DNA of 64,000 bases from a virus (Duplodnaviria > Heunggongvirae > Uroviricota > Caudoviricetes), in the IMG/VR virus record IMGVR_UViG_2571042445_000002; one strand, written 5' to 3'. Below, one piece after another: positions 59,737-64,000 of this stretch. Each line of letters begins with the position of its first letter. The first letter of the stretch is position 1. The notes below the pieces were generated by a model. The model did not search any database and was not told the DNA's origin. It saw nothing but the letters and a program-made list of their open reading frames with translations. Both the position numbers and the translations under genes were made by a program.

Positions 59737-60662
59737 TGAATCTGTCCATCTCTCAAAAAGCGACAATGACCAGTATTGAGATCGCGGAGCTGGTGGGTAA
59801 GCGTCCTGACAACGTTAAACGCACCATTGAACACCTGGCGGAACGGGGCGTAATAACTTTTCCTCAAATTGAGGAAAAGCCCACTGCAGGCCGCCCGGCG
59901 AGCTATTACGTCTTCGAAGGCGAACAAGGCAAGCGCGATAGTATTATCGTCGTCGCGCAGCTCTCTCCCGAATTCACCGCCCGGCTGGTGGACCGCTGGC
60001 GCGAACTGGAGAATGCCAGAGGACCGTTAAAATCAAAAGCCGAAATTCTGGCCGAAATGGCGCAAATGCATCTTGAGCATGAACGCCGGATCAACGCCGT
60101 TAATACCCAGGTAGCCGAAGTATCGGCACAAGTGACCAAAGTCGCTGAAACCGTCGAGCAAATAAAGAAAGGCAATATTCCGGAAGGCTACATTGGCTAT
60201 CGCCAGTTAGCGGCGAAATGCGGCCTGACTGAAGCCAAATGCCGCAACCTGGTCAACGCTTACCGGATCCCCACAGATACGCATGAGTTTTTAACTCCCG
60301 ATGGTTTGCTTGCGAGACGCTCCATTGTGGCCCTGGCCCCCTTCCGGAAAGCCTTTAAGCAGGTTATGTCGGAGGCTGAACCACGCAACAAACGCTGGTA
60401 TCATCCCAGGATGGGGCTATTTCAGGCCATTCACCATCCTGTGCCTGAAAGTCCAAAGGCAAACCTGTCGTTGCATACCGCCAGAGAGAAGATTAAAACA
60501 GGGTATGCAACCGTATGCCGTCGAGCATCCTGGCCTGAAAGTGTCTGGGTATGGCCCGAAAGAGGCTCACGGAAAAACTGGCGCACCTTTCGCGACGGCA
60601 AGATCTGTGCGATTGATTTACAGCCAGAAGATGTAGCAGCGACCGACTGGATTGTTAGTTAA
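59736..60662 (+). CDS. ant: antirepressor, Rha-family (fused form)
   Basis: 308 aa; N-terminal MTSIEIAELVGKRPDNVKRTIE; about 100-bp stretches identical to copy 1. Confidence 0.6.
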   Translation: MNLSISQKATMTSIEIAELVGKRPDNVKRTIEHLAERGVITFPQIEEKPTAGRPASYYVFEGEQGKRDSIIVVAQLSPEFTARLVDRWRELENARGPLKSKAEILAEMAQMHLEHERRINAVNTQVAEVSAQVTKVAETVEQIKKGNIPEGYIGYRQLAAKCGLTEAKCRNLVNAYRIPTDTHEFLTPDGLLARRSIVALAPFRKAFKQVMSEAEPRNKRWYHPRMGLFQAIHHPVPESPKANLSLHTAREKIKTGYATVCRRASWPESVWVWPERGSRKNWRTFRDGKICAIDLQPEDVAATDWIVS

Positions 60663-60669
60663 TAGATTT

Positions 60670-60692
60670 GCCCCGGTCATGCCGGGGCTTTA
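60670..60692 (+). terminator. terminator candidate after ant
   Basis: ccccgg-tcatg-ccgggg followed by CTTT. Confidence 0.4.
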
Positions 60693-60700
60693 ACTACTAA

Positions 60701-61039
60701 GTGACCGGACACAGCAAAATGTATGTCACGAAAAAAATTGATTTCACTTATTCTTCCGCCACAATTGAGCGGCGCTTCACCCTCATTAGAGAGTTGGAAC
60801 TGTCAAAAGTCTGGTATCAAATTCTACTGGATGAAGAGTTCTCACTGATGATAATGGCTGAAAAAGAAGCAATGCCGAATGACCGGCATAAAGTCATTGC
60901 CAGCCTTGACCTGGTGACAAACAGATACTGGGAGACAGAGGAACTGCGTGAAGCGGGAGTAATTCGTGACCTGATGGAGAGTTCCGTTCCCCGCCGCTAT
61001 CGTGCGGGAAACGAAATCTCCGTGATTAAAGGGGCTTAA
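60701..61039 (+). CDS. hypothetical protein
   Basis: 112-aa ORF. Confidence 0.3.
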   Translation: MTGHSKMYVTKKIDFTYSSATIERRFTLIRELELSKVWYQILLDEEFSLMIMAEKEAMPNDRHKVIASLDLVTNRYWETEELREAGVIRDLMESSVPRRYRAGNEISVIKGA

Positions 61040-61515
61040 AGCTCACCAGCACGCTGTTTTTCAAGCGTAGATTTAACATTGGGCGCTTTCCCTTTAAAAG
61101 AATGGAAAGTGCCACATTTTTCTGTTTTAACCTCGCGCAGAGCTTCGCCATCGGCGTTCTGCCATTGATGAGATAACGTCATATCACCGCGAGAAGGAAC
61201 ATCCAGCGAGTACAACGTGTAAGTTCCCCCCATCTCGGCATACTCCTGGAACACATAGCTCATTACGTCAGATTCAGTTTTCCGGTGCGCGTTATCAACC
61301 TTATTCCCATTCAGAAATATGGCGTTCGGATAGATTTTTATATCAAACCTACCGCACTTTACCTGCAAATTCCCAGCATTAGCAATCAAAGGAAAAAACA
61401 TTAATGCCGCTATAGCCAGCTTATTCAAGTTTGATGTCTTTGTTGAAGAAAATGGTTTCTCTTTTTTTATGCGTATCATTTCATTAACTCCAGACATTGT
61501 TGTCTTTTCATCCAA
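61036..61515 (-). CDS. secreted/periplasmic hypothetical protein
   Basis: 159 aa with internal signal-peptide-like segment KLAIAALMFFPLIANA. Confidence 0.35.
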   Translation of the reverse strand: MDEKTTMSGVNEMIRIKKEKPFSSTKTSNLNKLAIAALMFFPLIANAGNLQVKCGRFDIKIYPNAIFLNGNKVDNAHRKTESDVMSYVFQEYAEMGGTYTLYSLDVPSRGDMTLSHQWQNADGEALREVKTEKCGTFHSFKGKAPNVKSTLEKQRAGEL

Positions 61516-61522
61516 TTTGAGG

Positions 61523-62152
61523 TTAATTAGTACAATTCATTTTTGCAGCGACTTCGGCTACCCCACGATCAATGTAAGGCTGCTCACTTAATATCTTTTG
61601 GATCTCACTACGAATGCATTCCGCTGTAGGTTGCTTAGGTGCTTGTTTTTGCTTCGCGGATCGTTCAAGTTCCATCATGTTATTGAATCCTGCCACATCA
61701 CTTTGCCGAAGCATCCCTTTCCGGATAAGAAACTGCTGCCCTTCAGGCACCCAAGCCAGCATATACAAAGGCTGCAATAGATCTCCCATTCCTTGCTGAC
61801 GATAAAGCTCAAACTGCAACACGCCGTTACTTAACACCGACATTGTGTCTTTGGTGGAATACCCTGTCTTTTGTATGGCTTTGCCTGTTTCATCTGCTGC
61901 ATATGCAAATACACAGAACTCAATGTTGCTTTTAAAGAATGGCTCTACAGGTTTCAGCGGGATATTTTCTTTCTGGCAATAGTTTGAAACTTCATCAGGC
62001 GTATAGTTTGTTTTGGCGTTTCGCAACACCTTCAGCCCAGCCTCATACTTTGCAGGTAACGCGCCTGCATAGGCAGCATTAAGAGAAACTCCCCCCAATA
62101 TAACCGCGAGCACTGCTCCCAAAACCCTTAACTTCACAAAACCATCCTTCAT
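61523..62152 (-). CDS. secreted hypothetical protein
   Basis: start at internal Met giving signal peptide MKDGFVKLRVLGAVLAVILGGVSLNAAYAG. Confidence 0.35.
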   Translation of the reverse strand: MKDGFVKLRVLGAVLAVILGGVSLNAAYAGALPAKYEAGLKVLRNAKTNYTPDEVSNYCQKENIPLKPVEPFFKSNIEFCVFAYAADETGKAIQKTGYSTKDTMSVLSNGVLQFELYRQQGMGDLLQPLYMLAWVPEGQQFLIRKGMLRQSDVAGFNNMMELERSAKQKQAPKQPTAECIRSEIQKILSEQPYIDRGVAEVAAKMNCTN

Positions 62153-62260
62153 GTAAAAAAACTGAAGTTTTATGTTACAAAAGCAAACATCTACGCCAAA
62201 ATGACCTAGGCCAAATTCAGCGCGAATAAAAAATTCAAAAAAATTGTTGACACTATTCTG

Positions 62261-62276
62261 GAAATCACAATCTGGA
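62261..62276 (+). promoter_or_regulatory. candidate late-promoter element (AAATCACAATCTGGAC)
   Basis: conserved 16-bp motif next to a TTGACA hexamer. Confidence 0.35.
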
Positions 62277-62366
62277 CAAAATCCATTGCGCAAACGGCTC
62301 CCGTTGAAGGTTCTTTTGACGACTAACTTTCAGCCGATGCGCGGTAGGGAGTCATAACGCCAAAGC

Positions 62367-62392
62367 AGGCCGCCATGTGCGGCCTTTTTTTG
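62367..62392 (+). terminator. rho-independent terminator or attenuator candidate
   Basis: aggccgc-catgt-gcggcct followed by TTTTTTT, in the leader of the 62418 gene. Confidence 0.5.
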
Positions 62393-62417
62393 TGCCTGCT
62401 ATCGTGGAGTAAAAGCC

Positions 62418-63071
62418 ATGCAAAAGATCGCAATATTCAGTCTTTCTACTAACAAGCCGCTGATGGCTACGGCAGTCCTGAAAGACGGCGCGCTTGTAAT
62501 TGACAAAGTAAAGCCGCTCCCTGCATCTGCTATTGAACAAAAACGAAAAATTCCACCAGCAATTGCCGAGCTGCGTAAAAGTGAATTTAAGGTGCTGGTT
62601 GACGAAATCACGCCAACCATTTCAGCCGGTACAGGTGCCAGCCAGGTAACATTAAAAACACGGCACGCCGACGGCAGAGCAGCGATCATTGTCGGCATGG
62701 AGAGATACCGGGAGCTGAAACTACAAAGGCTGCTATCCCTGCCTGACAAGAACAAAGGGGCATTTGAGATCCCCGACTCTATCGTCGATACCGAATACAA
62801 CGGCAACGGTGAAGAGGTTTATCGAGTTAACTGGCAAGATATCCGACCAGAGCACATCCTGATGATTCTGTGCTGCTATGCAACGGTATACCATAATGTT
62901 GCCAGCGCGGATTACCTGAAACAAATGACAGGAGCGGTAGAGAAAGAAAACAAAGCAGGGATAATGGCCTCGTTCCTGTCCATTATCAGCGATCAAAAAG
63001 CTAAAGCAGGAAATACCCAACCAAAATCGCTGGCCGGGCAAGTAATTGATGAAGATACGGTGATACTTTAA
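62418..63071 (+). CDS. hypothetical protein
   Basis: 217-aa ORF. Confidence 0.35.
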   Translation: MQKIAIFSLSTNKPLMATAVLKDGALVIDKVKPLPASAIEQKRKIPPAIAELRKSEFKVLVDEITPTISAGTGASQVTLKTRHADGRAAIIVGMERYRELKLQRLLSLPDKNKGAFEIPDSIVDTEYNGNGEEVYRVNWQDIRPEHILMILCCYATVYHNVASADYLKQMTGAVEKENKAGIMASFLSIISDQKAKAGNTQPKSLAGQVIDEDTVIL

Positions 63072-63402
63072 TCAACTCAGTAGTTTTGTTAACTCCCTTA
63101 ATACCAGGTAGAAGAGTAACAAAAATACTAACGCCAGTATTTGCGTGGTCAACGAGGCGTTCATAAACAGAACAATTAGCTTTAACAATTCGAGAATAAC
63201 GTCCATGTCATTCACACTATTTAATTTTTAATCTACAGCCAGCAAACAATGAAGCTGGCCCCCGCATAAAGATTAATGAAAGTCACTTGTCACCAGTGAG
63301 GGGATTTATGAACCACATCCCCCTGAACTGGTGGCCTGTCTGTTTCTCGCATTTCACACCCTGCATACAGTTCCCCCCAGGTTATGACTGTGAGGAACTG
63401 TT

Positions 63403-63732
63403 ATGAGTTACAGCAGGCTCGACGATCGATGCATTGAAGACGATGTGCTGCGCGCACTATTCCATCAGGAGATGATCAAGCGGGTATCGGAGTATCACTC
63501 CGATAATTTCCAGTACACGATAAAAATTGATGAGGTTTATCGCTCAGACCTGGCGGCCTATCGCGCCTATGGCAACGCTGATTTGCGCTGGGTATTTCGC
63601 GTGCTGGTGGGCCATGAGTCAGAAATGGAAGAAATGCCGGTAGGGACAACGTTAACTCTTCCTGACGCAGCATGGCTAAGAAACAAGATTCGCGATTACG
63701 CTGGCTCGGCACCGGAGATAGAAAATGCCTGA
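63403..63732 (+). CDS. hypothetical protein
   Basis: 109-aa ORF. Confidence 0.3.
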   Translation: MSYSRLDDRCIEDDVLRALFHQEMIKRVSEYHSDNFQYTIKIDEVYRSDLAAYRAYGNADLRWVFRVLVGHESEMEEMPVGTTLTLPDAAWLRNKIRDYAGSAPEIENA

Positions 63733-64000
63733 CTTCCTGAAAAATCAGGACGGGCGATATATCACTGACGGCCTGTCCTCTAAGGATTTCACACGCGTAT
63801 TTGAACTCATCAGGAAAGAGCAAAACCGCAAACGCCGCCAGGCGAACAGGACACTCACGCCGGGCAGGCTTAGGAATAAATCAGCCGAAGACATTCTTAA
63901 GCTGGGGAAAAAGAAAGGCGGCACGTTCTTTACGCGTGACGATCTGAAAGGCTTCGAAAAGCTGCGAAGCAAAGCTCGCGAAAAATACGACAGCAAGACG
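63725..64000 (+). CDS. hypothetical basic protein, 3'-truncated at window end
   Basis: ATG at 63725 overlapping the upstream stop; frame open for 92 codons to the window edge. Confidence 0.3.
   Translation, partial: MPDFLKNQDGRYITDGLSSKDFTRVFELIRKEQNRKRRQANRTLTPGRLRNKSAEDILKLGKKKGGTFFTRDDLKGFEKLRSKAREKYDSKT

Noticed and set aside
1-64000. Looked for IS elements, transposases, integrases with att sites, rRNA genes and CRISPR-Cas
   Set aside because: No transposase-like or integrase-like ORF other than the Cre-family recombinase, no rRNA-like sequence and no spacer-repeat arrays were seen.

Overview
The window reads as one contiguous segment of a P1-like temperate phage-plasmid from an enterobacterial host, with P1-type modules in a rearranged, mosaic order. 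No similarity search was possible; all homology calls are motif- and memory-based. In order: baseplate and tail-fibre genes with a tail-fibre assembly chaperone (1-7800); a lysis/Dar-like late operon (8242-13412); a HicAB toxin-antitoxin pair; portal-like and protease/scaffold-like head genes; a RepL-like early gene; an icd-ant immunity module; a giant DarB-like methyltransferase-helicase (21127-27963); an operator-controlled early region with a VRR-NUC nuclease; a tRNA island (Asn, Thr, Ser-like, Ile2) inside about 2.5 kb of hairpin-rich non-coding DNA; Lpa-like, PacA and PacB packaging genes with a GATC-rich candidate pac site; a convergent candidate master repressor; a 34-bp lox-like site next to a Cre-family recombinase; an accessory operon with dUTPase and a DUF2829 (Tad2-like) protein; near-canonical P1 phd-doc; a complete Type I restriction-modification system whose HsdS carries a TAEL repeat; a lambdoid-like minus-strand cluster (Ea22-like paralogs, Ser/Thr phosphatase, ClpX zinc-binding-domain homologue, DUF968, DUF4406); a Ref-like HNH protein; and a second, fused icd-ant module. 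The most notable sequence-level signals are a 14-bp operator-like motif at 13 or more intergenic sites, a separate 16-bp motif upstream of four late operons, and the divergent lox/Cre pair. I did not find a single clearly novel multi-gene system; the best candidates for new biology are the two DUF2829 fusion proteins, the ClpX-domain mimic and the operator regulon.
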